From contig OZ253462.1 of assembly GCA_965261395.1 (NCBI GenBank), positions 3,072,001-3,136,000 of the forward strand: 64,000 nt of DNA. Reading direction: 5' to 3'. The notes beneath the pieces are model-generated. The model saw nothing but the letters and a program-made list of their open reading frames with translations. It was not told the DNA's origin and did not search any database. How positions within the stretch are numbered: position 1 is the stretch's first letter; each line of letters starts with the position of its first letter. Position numbers and translations under genes: made by a program. Source of the DNA: Candidatus Latescibacterota bacterium (GTDB lineage Bacteria; Latescibacterota; UBA2968; UBA8231). Shown piece after piece: positions 18,695 through 28,666 of this stretch.

Positions 18695-19167
18695 CGCGCT
18701 TGGAGAGGATTGCTCAGATCAAAACACCGGAATCGGTACCCCGGTACGAGTTGCGGGTGTGCCGGCACGGGCCGGCCGATACCGAATACGAAATTTGGCA
18801 GATGCCCGCACCAGCCACACCGCAGGTCACATCGGCGCTGCGCGTTGCAGGGCTTAGAGGCCGAAACTTCGAACTGGTGGAGCACTGGGTGTTGAAGCGG
18901 CTTGCGCAATCTGGCCTCAAGCTCGACCGTAGTGAGGATATTAGGAAACGCGGCTACGCGCTCAGCGAAGACTTGGCACTGACGCTGGGGCTGTTGTTCC
19001 GCACGCTGGCCCCGATGCGCAGCCGCGCCAACATGCGGGCGGTGACCGAAGGTATTGAGATGATGGGACGCGAGGAGGCCGCCTATTGGTTGGGCATGGC
19101 GATGCATCGCAAGCATCCGCGCCGCGTGCTGATGGCTCTACGCTTTCTGCTGACGGAGCCGAAGTGA
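18691..19167 (+). CDS. Small conserved protein of the DUF499 operon (occupies the DUF3780 position)
   Basis: ATGA overlap with DUF499; 'LSEDLALTLGLLF...MGREEAAYWL...ALRFLL'. Confidence 0.75.
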   Translation: MTRLERIAQIKTPESVPRYELRVCRHGPADTEYEIWQMPAPATPQVTSALRVAGLRGRNFELVEHWVLKRLAQSGLKLDRSEDIRKRGYALSEDLALTLGLLFRTLAPMRSRANMRAVTEGIEMMGREEAAYWLGMAMHRKHPRRVLMALRFLLTEPK

Positions 19168-19170
19168 TGA
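19161..19170 (+). repeat. 10-bp direct repeat GAAGTGATGA, left flank of the Menshen-like module
   Basis: Identical to 22470-22479; includes the stop codon of the preceding gene. Confidence 0.75.
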
Positions 19171-19211
19171 GTGAGCAAGCTAGTATGCAAAGGACACGGA
19201 GGGACGACACC

Positions 19212-20318
19212 ATGGAAACTCAGCAATCCGGCTGGTCGGCCGATGATGAAGAAATTGAAGGTCTGGATTCCGGGGACGAATCTTTAGGAGACTATCCTAT
19301 TGACGATATCCTGATTCGGAAAGATGATCGGTCAATTTTCGAAACTATCCGGCGGATCGATCAGGGCAATTATGTAATGGACCCCGATTTCCAGCGCGAT
19401 TTCATCTGGCCGGAGGATAAGCAAAGCAAGCTGATCGAATCCGTGATCATGCGCATCCCGCTGCCCGTGTTCTACATGGCGGAAGACGATGAAGGACGCA
19501 TGGTGGTCGTGGACGGTTTGCAGCGCCTGTCTACATTCCGACGATTTGTGAAAAATGAATTATCGCTACGTCTTCCAGATCGGAGCGAACTTGACAGCAA
19601 ACGGTTCTCGGATTTGTCGTCCAAACTCCAGAATCGCATTGAAGACTGCAACCTTATCTTCTACATAATCGACTCAAAGGCGCCTGACCGTGCTCGTCTG
19701 GATATCTTCGAGAGAGTGAACAGCGGCGCACCCCTCACTAGACAACAGATGCGCAACTGCCTGTTCATGGGACAGGCGACTCGTTTTCTGAAGGAGGAAG
19801 TGCAAACAGAGATTTTCTTGGAGGCGACAGGCGGAAGTCTCAATTTTCGGACCATGCGGGATAGAGAATTCGTTAATCGGTTTTGCGCTTTTCAGCTTCT
19901 AACTCTCGATGGCTATCGCGGGGATATGGATGAGTTCCTGGCCCGATGTCTTCAACATATGAATGATCTGCCGGAGGACGAACTGTCGCGATTGCGTGAT
20001 GACTTCCATAGGAGTCTGGCTAATAACGTTATGCTATTCGGGGACCATGCTTTCAGAAAGCACACACCGGAACAAGAACGGCGCAGTGTCCTCAATGCGT
20101 CCCTCTGGGACGTGATGTCCACCGGTTTGTCTCATTACACCAAAGACCAGATCAAGAAGTGCGCTGATCCTCTTCGTCGAGCCATCTATGGCCTGCTTGC
20201 TAACGAGGAATTCGGCGACGCAATCACTTACGGCACGAACAGCGCCAGAAGGGTAAGGTGTCGGTTTCAGATGACTCGGGAAAAATTTGAGGAGATTCTC
20301 GGTGCTCACACGGATTGA
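19212..20318 (+). CDS. DUF262 (ParB-like) protein, Menshen NsnA-like
   Basis: 'PDFQRDFIW', 'KLIES', 'IPLPVFY', 'VVDGLQRL', 'IFERVNSG'; start 19212 (GGAGG SD) or 19167. Confidence 0.85.
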   Translation: METQQSGWSADDEEIEGLDSGDESLGDYPIDDILIRKDDRSIFETIRRIDQGNYVMDPDFQRDFIWPEDKQSKLIESVIMRIPLPVFYMAEDDEGRMVVVDGLQRLSTFRRFVKNELSLRLPDRSELDSKRFSDLSSKLQNRIEDCNLIFYIIDSKAPDRARLDIFERVNSGAPLTRQQMRNCLFMGQATRFLKEEVQTEIFLEATGGSLNFRTMRDREFVNRFCAFQLLTLDGYRGDMDEFLARCLQHMNDLPEDELSRLRDDFHRSLANNVMLFGDHAFRKHTPEQERRSVLNASLWDVMSTGLSHYTKDQIKKCADPLRRAIYGLLANEEFGDAITYGTNSARRVRCRFQMTREKFEEILGAHTD

Positions 20319-21510
20319 TCTACAGCATTTCAAGTGCTTCACATCACTGAATTTGCCGCTCCGCCCGTTGACCTTGCTGTCGGGTGCCAACGCATCGGGG
20401 AAATCGTCCGTGCTACAGGCACTTGTCCTGCTGCATCAGACGATGCATGAACATGAATGGTCGTCGCGCCTGATGCTCAACGGTGCCGCTATTCGGCTCG
20501 GCACCGTAGCCGATGTGGTTGATCAAGTGCACGGTCGCCGCACTTGCGAGATTGCGTTGCTGGACGGTGAGGAAGCGCGTTTTCAATGGGGATTCACGGG
20601 CGAACCCGATGAGATGTCGATGGCGGTGACGCACGTCCATGTCGATGGTGTTGACGGTATCGACATGGACGAATCCAAGTCGCTTCAACCCCCGCTACCG
20701 CTCGACCTACCAATATCCGAGCCGCTTCACTACTTGCTGCCGCACCGCCCGTCGCCGCCGTCGGGTGTAGAATCACTGACCGACTGTCTTCGTGGGCTTA
20801 CCTACCTGACCGCCGAGAGGCTAGGGCCGCGCGAGACTTATCCATTGGAGGATCCTCAGCATACATCCGTTGTCGGGCCAAGGGGAGAACACACAGTCAG
20901 CGTCCTGTACTCCCGCAGGGACGAGCATGTGCTGGATGGCTTGACGATTGCGGACGTACCGCCGACACGGCTGCGCCAAGTCGAAGCCCGGATGAACAGA
21001 TTCTTCCCGGGCTGTGAGTTGGTTGTCGAAAAGATTTCTCGAACCAACGCAGTGACTTTGGGAATTCGGACATCGAGGAGTACGGAATTCCATCGTCCGA
21101 TTCATACCGGCTTCGGGTTGACGCAGGTTCTCCCGATCGTGGTGGCGGCCTTGTCCACAGACAAGGGAGGCTTGCTGTTGATCGAGAATCCAGAAGTGCA
21201 TCTCCACCCCGCCGGGCAGGCGGCGATGGGCGAGTTTCTCGCTGAAGTCGCGGCTGCAGGCGTACAAGTCATCTTGGAGACGCATAGCGACCATGTGCTG
21301 AACGGCATTCGGCGGGCCGTCAAGAAAGAGGTCTTGGCTCCTGACGATGCCGCCTTGCACTTCTTTCGACTGCAGCAGGACGATGAACAGGAAGGTGCTG
21401 TGCTGGTGGAAAGCCCGATCCTAGACCGCGACGGCAATGTCGACATGTGGCCGGAGGGATTTTTCGACCAGTTCGACAAAGACATGAATTACTTCGCTGG
21501 CTGGAGTTGA
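20302..21510 (+). CDS. AAA ATPase with DUF3696, Menshen NsnB-like
   Basis: 'GANASGKSS', 'GFGLTQVLP', 'IENPEVHLHP', 'ETHSDH', C-terminal 'WPEGFFDQ'; GAGGAG SD before GTG. Confidence 0.87.
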   Translation: MLTRIDLQHFKCFTSLNLPLRPLTLLSGANASGKSSVLQALVLLHQTMHEHEWSSRLMLNGAAIRLGTVADVVDQVHGRRTCEIALLDGEEARFQWGFTGEPDEMSMAVTHVHVDGVDGIDMDESKSLQPPLPLDLPISEPLHYLLPHRPSPPSGVESLTDCLRGLTYLTAERLGPRETYPLEDPQHTSVVGPRGEHTVSVLYSRRDEHVLDGLTIADVPPTRLRQVEARMNRFFPGCELVVEKISRTNAVTLGIRTSRSTEFHRPIHTGFGLTQVLPIVVAALSTDKGGLLLIENPEVHLHPAGQAAMGEFLAEVAAAGVQVILETHSDHVLNGIRRAVKKEVLAPDDAALHFFRLQQDDEQEGAVLVESPILDRDGNVDMWPEGFFDQFDKDMNYFAGWS

Positions 21511-21511
21511 C

Positions 21512-22468
21512 GTGGAACTCTTCGCCAACGACCTGTCGATTCACGGGCAATTCTACGACATACCTTCGTTTCGCGATGAGCTTGCGCGGCTAATGGCCAT
21601 GCGCAATGTCGCCCAGCGCTTCGGACGGGAGGTGTATTGCCATCGTGCGCTCCTAACCGCCAATCCTATACCGAATATGTCAATGCAACAGGCGCTTGGG
21701 CGTCTTCGTGAAAGCGAACGACGGGCAGCGATGAGTTGGCTGACTCGTAGTGGTCCGTTCTGGGATGATCTGCGCTGCCATGGTGTCAACGACTGGCTCG
21801 AATGCTGTGGCGATGTAGTTACAGAATCCGCCGTGGGGGAAGCGGCATATCGAAAACTGCACGAGGTCGAATGTGGGCTAGTTAGCGTCATACCGTCCAA
21901 TTGGGATTTCTCTCCCGTAGAGGTGACCTGGAGACGAGAGGACGAGGGATTGGACGACCTGAGCTCAAAGCTCGAAAATTGGCGAGACGCTGCCGCGCTA
22001 GAAAACAGCCTACAAGCTGCAGCGGTGCCCCTCCAGTCGTGGGACGATTTGCGAGATAACTCGACGAGCCGGTTTAGGCACCTGATGTTCGCCGACAACT
22101 GTTTCGAGCCTCTTACAAGGTTCCCGTTCGCCAAAGGCGCGGCGGAGCGCTTTGTTGTGCTGCTCGGCATTCTGGACCGGCTTGCGTGCGCCTTCGATGC
22201 AGACGGTGTGCAGACGCCCGAAGCCCAACAGATTTACGAAAACTACTTCAAAGGTAAAAATGCGTTGTTTTCGGACTCGTCGGAGTCGGAGAAGAGCCGG
22301 TTTCGTAACAAATTGATGTTCCCCCACCCGGAAGAGCCGGGGAAATCCCTGTTCTGCACATGGCATGGCAAGGTGCGTTCCATGACGCTCCGCCTGCACT
22401 ATTGGTGGTCTGGGCAATCCGGTGATCCAGTTTACGTCGTATATGCTGGGCCAAAGAGAACCAAGTAG
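21512..22468 (+). CDS. Hypothetical protein, probable effector of the DUF262-DUF3696 module (NsnC position)
   Basis: Starts 1 nt after nsnB-like stop; C-terminal 'SDSSESEK..FC.WHGK...RLHY....VYVVYAGPK' resembles a RelE-like RNase domain. Confidence 0.65.
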   Translation: MELFANDLSIHGQFYDIPSFRDELARLMAMRNVAQRFGREVYCHRALLTANPIPNMSMQQALGRLRESERRAAMSWLTRSGPFWDDLRCHGVNDWLECCGDVVTESAVGEAAYRKLHEVECGLVSVIPSNWDFSPVEVTWRREDEGLDDLSSKLENWRDAAALENSLQAAAVPLQSWDDLRDNSTSRFRHLMFADNCFEPLTRFPFAKGAAERFVVLLGILDRLACAFDADGVQTPEAQQIYENYFKGKNALFSDSSESEKSRFRNKLMFPHPEEPGKSLFCTWHGKVRSMTLRLHYWWSGQSGDPVYVVYAGPKRTK

Positions 22469-22469
22469 T

Positions 22470-22479
22470 GAAGTGATGA
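22470..22479 (+). repeat. 10-bp direct repeat GAAGTGATGA, right flank of the Menshen-like module
   Basis: Identical to 19161-19170; starts 1 nt after the stop of the third module gene. Confidence 0.75.
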
Positions 22480-22501
22480 CGACACCGGTAGAAAGGGAAA
22501 C

Positions 22502-25486
22502 GTGACTGATACACGCCTTATAGAACGCTGGCTGCCGATCGCCGAGCTTGGCGAGGAGAGTATACGCGAGCGGACGCCCATGACACCGTTCCCAGCTCCG
22601 AATCGTCTTCACGTCTGGTGGGCGCGGCGGCCGTTGGTCGCAGCGCGAGCGGCGATCCTTGCGTCGCTGCTGCCGGCGGATGCCGACCGCGAGAAATTTT
22701 TGCATGTGCTGGGGATTCATGGAGATCCGGTGGCGGCACGGCGTAGGATTGATACTGCTCGCCGTCGAGGTGAACGATTTGAGGGAAAGGCTTATAGCTA
22801 TCCTCGGGCGTTCAGCTACGTTCCCGGTCCGGCTGACAAGAATTGGTTGAAGACTACTCTGAACGATTCTTTAGATAACTTCACGGTTCTCGACCCCACC
22901 GCTGGGGGAGGAAGCATTCCACTCGAGGTGGCGAGACTTGGTGCTGAAGCTACCGCGAATGATCTCAATCCGGTATCGACGTTGATAATGCGCGCTACGG
23001 TGAAATGGCCTTCCGAATACGGTGACGAACTCAAATCCGAATTTGAACATCTGTCAGAACGCTTTATTCGTACGAGAGAGGAGTGCCTCAAGCAATATTT
23101 TTCGCCAGAACCCAAATCAAACGCCATATCCACCAATTTCCTCTGGGCGCGCACCATCACCTGCCCCTATTGCGATGGTCTCGTGCCGCTGTCGCCGAAT
23201 TGGCGTCTCGCGCCCAGCGGTATTGGGGTCAGGCTGCGACCCAATCTCGAGTCTGGCCCTGGATCAACGGGTCGCGTCTGCTCGTTTGAGATCGTCGAGT
23301 CGGCGGCGGAACAGTCGCACGGCACGGTGTCGCGCGGCGACGGTACCTGCCCTTATGCCGATTGCGGGCGCGTCATTGATGGCGACCACATCAAGGCGCA
23401 GGCTCAAGCCGGGGACATGGGCGAGCAACTCTATGCGGTTGTTTACAAAGAACGGGTGCTCACCATCACCAAGACTGGGAAGACCCGCGAGAAATGGATT
23501 CGCGGCTACCGCGCGCCCCGGCCCGAGGACGACAACAGCGCCGAAATTGAGGAAGCACTCGCCGAGAAGCTGCCGGAGTGGGAAGCGCTGGACATGGTGC
23601 CGAGTGAGAGATTCCCCGAGGTGAGCAATGACGACCGCCCCATACAGTATGGGATGCCTTTGTGGCGAGACTTGTTTTCTCCGCGTCAGCTTCTTTGCCA
23701 TGGTACCAGCGTTGAGGTCTTTCGTGAAATGCTCGACGCCGACCGGGAAGCAGGCAAACTCGACGAGGTTCGGCAAGCGGCGTATGGGTACTTGGCTCTT
23801 TCACTGGACAAGTTGTTGAACTATAACTCACGCATGTCTGTCTGGATGCCGACTCGTGAAGTCGTTGCAAATACGTTTAACCGCCATGATTTTGCATTCT
23901 GCTGGTCCCATGCTGAAATGGCCCCTCTGATCGTCGGCCTCGGCTACGACTGGGCCATCGGACAAACAGCCAAGTGCATTAAGGAACTCGTCTCGCTGGT
24001 TCGCCCCGAAGCGAATGGTGCTGTCGGTGATCTATTCGGCAGCGCCGACGCGGCGGGATATACGCCCCCCCCGATCACCATCACTTGCAAGTCCGCCGAC
24101 AGCCTCGACCACATCGCCGATGGTAGCCTCGACGCGGTGATCATGGATCCACCCTACTACGATAATGTCATGTACGCTGAGCTATCGGACTTTTTCTATG
24201 TCTGGCTCAAGCGCACGGCCGGCTATGTCTTTCCCGAGTTGTTCCGCCGCCACCTGACGGACAAGGACAACGAGGCGGTCGCCAATCCCGCCAAGTTTCA
24301 AGGCCAGAAAGGTGCCTCTGCGCTGGCCGGGCGCGAGTATCAAGAGCGCATGGCTGCTATTTTTGCCGAGTGCCAGCGGGTGCTAAAGGCTGATGGGGTG
24401 ATGACTCTAATGTTTACCCACAAGGCGACCGGGGCGTGGGACGCGCTCACCAAGGGTCTGATGGAAGCGGGATTTGTCATCAGCGCGTCGTGGCCGATCA
24501 ACACCGAGGCCGAGGGTAGTCTGCACATCAAGGACAAGGCCGCGGCCAACAGCACCATCTTCTTGGTCTGCCGCCCACGCTCTCCCCGTGCAGAAGAGGA
24601 TACGCTAATGGTGCGCGAAGCACCGGCGGTTTACGGCGGAGCCACAACCTCGGTCTATTGGGAAGACGTGGAGCCGCAGGTTACGCGTGCGGTGCGGGCA
24701 CGGGTGGAGGAGTTTCAGCGAGCGGGCATTACCGGGGTTGATCTGTATCTCGCTTCCTTCGGTCCGGCTCTGGAGGAGTTTTCGCGCCACTGGCCATTGA
24801 AGCGAGGCTCGCCGCGTGAGGTTCCCAAGGAGCGTCGGCGACGGGTCCAGCAGGAATTGTTTGAAGAGGAATGGGATCCCTACGCCGCGACCCCGGAAGA
24901 CGCCCTCGACGTGGCTCGCCGCGAGGTCAAACGCTGGCGCTTGGAGCAACTGACTCATCTCAAGGCCAACGCCGATCTTGACCCTGCCACCGCCTTCTTC
25001 GTGCTTGCTTGGGACGCCTTCAAGGCACCGGTATTCTCCTATGACGAAGCACTGAGGCTCGCCCGCGCCGTCGGTATCGATCTCGACAACGACATCGTCG
25101 GGCGGCTCGCGCAGAAGAAAAGCAGCAATATCCTGCTGTGGGACAGCGCCCGCCGGGCGGCCAAGGGGGCACTCGGCCCGGCCGATGGTTCCCGAGGCAT
25201 GATCGACACCATCCACCATGCCGCCAATATGGCCCGCGTGCGCTCCCTTGAGGCCGCCCGGGAAATGCTCGCCGGTACTTTAGTGGACCAAGAGCCGCGT
25301 TTCTTCGCCGCCCTTGAAGCGGTGCTTGAGGTGCTACCGGTCTCCGGGGCCTTTACCGGCATTGAGCTTGAAGGCGACGCGGCGGCCTCGGGCAGTGACT
25401 TTGAGGCTCTCTACAACCTTGCCCGCCTCGCCTACGGCGACCAGATCGACGAGCCGGAGCAGCTCAAGCTATGGCGCGACGACTAG
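22502..25486 (+). CDS. DUF1156 adenine-specific DNA methyltransferase with Zn-ribbon
   Basis: 'LHVWWARRPL', motif I 'DPTAGGGSIP', 'CPYC'/'CPYADC', motif IV 'DPPYY'. Confidence 0.92.
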   Translation: MTDTRLIERWLPIAELGEESIRERTPMTPFPAPNRLHVWWARRPLVAARAAILASLLPADADREKFLHVLGIHGDPVAARRRIDTARRRGERFEGKAYSYPRAFSYVPGPADKNWLKTTLNDSLDNFTVLDPTAGGGSIPLEVARLGAEATANDLNPVSTLIMRATVKWPSEYGDELKSEFEHLSERFIRTREECLKQYFSPEPKSNAISTNFLWARTITCPYCDGLVPLSPNWRLAPSGIGVRLRPNLESGPGSTGRVCSFEIVESAAEQSHGTVSRGDGTCPYADCGRVIDGDHIKAQAQAGDMGEQLYAVVYKERVLTITKTGKTREKWIRGYRAPRPEDDNSAEIEEALAEKLPEWEALDMVPSERFPEVSNDDRPIQYGMPLWRDLFSPRQLLCHGTSVEVFREMLDADREAGKLDEVRQAAYGYLALSLDKLLNYNSRMSVWMPTREVVANTFNRHDFAFCWSHAEMAPLIVGLGYDWAIGQTAKCIKELVSLVRPEANGAVGDLFGSADAAGYTPPPITITCKSADSLDHIADGSLDAVIMDPPYYDNVMYAELSDFFYVWLKRTAGYVFPELFRRHLTDKDNEAVANPAKFQGQKGASALAGREYQERMAAIFAECQRVLKADGVMTLMFTHKATGAWDALTKGLMEAGFVISASWPINTEAEGSLHIKDKAAANSTIFLVCRPRSPRAEEDTLMVREAPAVYGGATTSVYWEDVEPQVTRAVRARVEEFQRAGITGVDLYLASFGPALEEFSRHWPLKRGSPREVPKERRRRVQQELFEEEWDPYAATPEDALDVARREVKRWRLEQLTHLKANADLDPATAFFVLAWDAFKAPVFSYDEALRLARAVGIDLDNDIVGRLAQKKSSNILLWDSARRAAKGALGPADGSRGMIDTIHHAANMARVRSLEAAREMLAGTLVDQEPRFFAALEAVLEVLPVSGAFTGIELEGDAAASGSDFEALYNLARLAYGDQIDEPEQLKLWRDD

Positions 25487-28400
25487 CCGCTCGCGACTGG
25501 AAGCTCAAATACACTCCCGAAGACGGCGACCTCGTTCGGCTTTTCTACGTCCCGGCCCTTGAAGACGCTCGGCGCTACGATCGGCTAACGGGGTACTTCA
25601 ATGCGGGGGCATTGGCGTTAGCCGCACGCGGCATTGAGGGCTTGATACAAAACAAAGGCCGGATGCGGCTCATCGTCGGTTGCACGCTTGAGTCGCCGGA
25701 GATCGAAGCTATCGAGCGAGGCGAAAAACTGCGCGACCTCGTCCAACAACACTTGACTAGTCTGCCCCTAGACCCGCCCGACCCGGCCTCCTCTCAAGCA
25801 CTGGAACTCTTAGCTTGGATGATTGCCCGCGACTATCTCGAAGTTAAAGTCGCGGTACCGTGCAATAAGCGCCGGCAACCTGTTTGTAACGAAGCTCTAT
25901 TTCACGAAAAGGCGGGTACTATAAAAGACGGAGCCGGCGACCGGATTGCTTGGAACGGTAGTCTCAACGAGACCGTCGCTGGTTGGCAGCGCAACTGGGA
26001 AAGCATCAACGTCTATAGGAGTTGGGAAGAGCCGGAGCGAGTCGAGGTCGAAGAAGCGAATTTCGCCCACCTGTGGGCTGGCCAGTCCCAGCAAGTGATT
26101 GTGCTCAATGTGCCCGAGGCCGTGCGGCAAGATCTGCTGCGCTTCATGCCCACCACCGACCTGCCGACGAGGTTGATGGAACTCCCAGAGAGGATGTCCG
26201 ATGCGGATCGTCGCAACCGGGTATGGGCCCTTATCGAGCGCGCCCCGTCTCTGCCTAGGGGTGGCGCACGGGTCGGCGAGGCAACCGCAGCGGTAACTCC
26301 TTGGCCGCATCAGGTACAGGTGTTTGAGCGACTGTATAGCCAATGGCCGCCCAAACTACTCATCGCCGACGAGGTGGGGCTGGGCAAGACCATTGAGGCA
26401 GGGCTGCTCTTGCGCCAAGCGTGGCTGGCCGGACGAGCAAAGCGCATCCTGATCCTCGCCCCCAAGGCCGTACTCAAACAGTGGCAAATCGAGCTTCGAG
26501 AGAAGTTCAATCTCAATTGGCCCGTGTACGACAGCGCGGCAGGCAAGCTATTGTGGTATCCTTCGCCGGCAATGCGCGGGCGGCACGAGTGCCTAGTCAA
26601 TAGGCAAGACTGGCACCGAGAGCCGGTGGTAATTGCGTCTAGTCAACTCATGCGCCGGGACGACCGGTTGGGCCAGCTTCTCGAAGATGCCGAGCCGTGG
26701 GACTTGGTAGTACTCGACGAAGCCCATCACGCCCGCCGGCAATCCCCCGGCAACCCACCGTACGATCAACCCAATAAATTGCTTCGACTCATGCGGGGGC
26801 TCAAAGAGCGGACCGAGGGTTTGGTATTACTGACAGCGACGCCCATGCAGGTCCATCCCATTGAAGTGTGGGATTTATTGGACCTGTTGGGCTTGCCGCC
26901 GGAATGGACTGCCGAGGCGTTTCTCCGCTTCTTCGACGATATAGGGCAATCAAACCTCGCGCCGGAGGACATGGAGCGCGTGGCGCAGTTATTCCAGGCG
27001 ACGGAACGCTGTTTTGGTGAGGCCACGAAGGACGCTGCTCAACGCCTTACGGGCTTGTCTTCGCTAATGGCCAATAAGGTTCTGCACGCCTTGCGCGATC
27101 CTTCCAGTTACCCGCGCCGTCAGTTGGATACCAAGGAACGTCAGGCGGCGCGCAATCTCTTGTGCCGATACACGCCGATCCAACACTTGGTATCGCGGCA
27201 CACTCGAGACCTCTTGCGTCGATACTTCAAGGCTGGAATGCTCTCGACGCCTATCGCCGGTCGCCAAGTTGAAGATCGGTTCATCGATCTGACCGCCGCC
27301 GAACGCGCGCTCTACGAGGAGCTTGAGGAGTACATCGCTAGTACGTATAACCAAGCCAGCGCCCGAGATCGATCGGCTGTGGGCTTTGTGATGACTATCT
27401 ACCGCCGTCGGCTCGCCAGTAGCTTCCGTGCTTTGCACTATACGCTTAGTGGCCACCTTGCCGCCATGACCGCTGTCGACCAAAGTCAGTTGACGGGATC
27501 GGAAGAGGACGCGCCCGACGACGAAGCCGTTGATGAGGTGCTAGACGCCGACGAGGTGGCGGCTATGGAGCGCGAGGTTCTCGTCGCTGAGGAGACTGAC
27601 GCTATCGAGCACCTGCTCGACCTCATTGGCCGTCTGCCGCCGGATAGCAAGCTCGAAAGCCTCAAAGATGTGCTCGACGAGTTGCGTGCGGCTGGCTTTA
27701 AACAGGCGATGGTGTTTACCCAGTACACCGACACCATGGATTTCCTGCGCGAAGCCCTTGCCGCCGACACCAACCTGCGCCTAATGTGCTATTCGGGCCG
27801 GGGCGGCGAGATTCGCTCTGTGGACGGATCGTGGAACGGGGTATCCCGAGACGACGCCCGACGCCGGTTCCGCAGTGGGGAAGCCGATGTGCTGCTGTGT
27901 ACCGACGCTGCTGCCGAGGGGCTCAACTTTCAGTTCTGCGGTGCGCTGATCAACTACGATATGCCGTGGAATCCGATGCGAGTTGAACAGCGCATCGGAC
28001 GCATTGACCGCCTCGGCCAGGAGCATCCGACCATCCGCATTGTCAACTTGCACTACGAAGGCACAGTCGAGACCGACGTGTATCGGGTGCTCCGCGATCG
28101 CATCAGTTTATTCGAGTCGGTGGTTGGACGCTTACAGCCTATTCTGGCGCAGTTGCCGCGTACCATTGCCGATGCGGTGCTTTCACGGCGCGGTAATGTC
28201 TCCGAGATGATCAACCGACAGGTAGATGAGGCCCGAACCGACGGCTTTGACCTCGATACCGTATTGATTGAAGATGCCACCTTTCCAGAGCGTGCCCCGT
28301 CGCCGGTCGTACTCGATGACCTCACCCGAGTAATCACATCGCCCGACCTTATGCCGCCTGGAACCCGTGTCCAGCCATTGGGCCCCCGCGAATACGGCTT

Positions 28401-28581
28401 GTCAGTGCCAGGCGCACAAGAGCCCCTGCGGGTGACTACCGATCCTGACTACTACGGAGAGAACGCGGAGAGCATGGAACTGTGGTCGCCGGGCAATCCT
28501 TTGTTCCAAGCCCCCGAATCGGAGGCGCGAACGGAACATTTTTCAGCCGACGAGACCTTAAAAGATATTCTCGATAGTTGA
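25471..28581 (+). CDS. PLD-nuclease / SNF2-family helicase of the restriction-like system
   Basis: PLD 'HEKAG...NGSLNET', Walker A 'ADEVGLGKT', 'DEAH', 'LTATP', 'EGLNFQ', 'WNPMRVEQRIGRIDR'. Confidence 0.92.
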   Translation: MARRLAARDWKLKYTPEDGDLVRLFYVPALEDARRYDRLTGYFNAGALALAARGIEGLIQNKGRMRLIVGCTLESPEIEAIERGEKLRDLVQQHLTSLPLDPPDPASSQALELLAWMIARDYLEVKVAVPCNKRRQPVCNEALFHEKAGTIKDGAGDRIAWNGSLNETVAGWQRNWESINVYRSWEEPERVEVEEANFAHLWAGQSQQVIVLNVPEAVRQDLLRFMPTTDLPTRLMELPERMSDADRRNRVWALIERAPSLPRGGARVGEATAAVTPWPHQVQVFERLYSQWPPKLLIADEVGLGKTIEAGLLLRQAWLAGRAKRILILAPKAVLKQWQIELREKFNLNWPVYDSAAGKLLWYPSPAMRGRHECLVNRQDWHREPVVIASSQLMRRDDRLGQLLEDAEPWDLVVLDEAHHARRQSPGNPPYDQPNKLLRLMRGLKERTEGLVLLTATPMQVHPIEVWDLLDLLGLPPEWTAEAFLRFFDDIGQSNLAPEDMERVAQLFQATERCFGEATKDAAQRLTGLSSLMANKVLHALRDPSSYPRRQLDTKERQAARNLLCRYTPIQHLVSRHTRDLLRRYFKAGMLSTPIAGRQVEDRFIDLTAAERALYEELEEYIASTYNQASARDRSAVGFVMTIYRRRLASSFRALHYTLSGHLAAMTAVDQSQLTGSEEDAPDDEAVDEVLDADEVAAMEREVLVAEETDAIEHLLDLIGRLPPDSKLESLKDVLDELRAAGFKQAMVFTQYTDTMDFLREALAADTNLRLMCYSGRGGEIRSVDGSWNGVSRDDARRRFRSGEADVLLCTDAAAEGLNFQFCGALINYDMPWNPMRVEQRIGRIDRLGQEHPTIRIVNLHYEGTVETDVYRVLRDRISLFESVVGRLQPILAQLPRTIADAVLSRRGNVSEMINRQVDEARTDGFDLDTVLIEDATFPERAPSPVVLDDLTRVITSPDLMPPGTRVQPLGPREYGLSVPGAQEPLRVTTDPDYYGENAESMELWSPGNPLFQAPESEARTEHFSADETLKDILDS

Positions 28582-28666
28582 GATCTATGAGATCTATCGG
28601 TGAGCTTGTGTTTTCTTTAAATAGGATGCTTTTATAAACAATGCTTACAGCAGGTACCTGTGGAGG

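Noticed and set aside
28579-28600. AGATCTATG-AGATCTATC short tandem at the island's right end as a possible att site
   Set aside because: No matching copy found at the left boundary; too short to support.
13484-28660. Prophage, ICE or transposon as carrier of the defence island
   Set aside because: No integrase, transposase, relaxase or phage structural genes, and no terminal repeats around the whole block.
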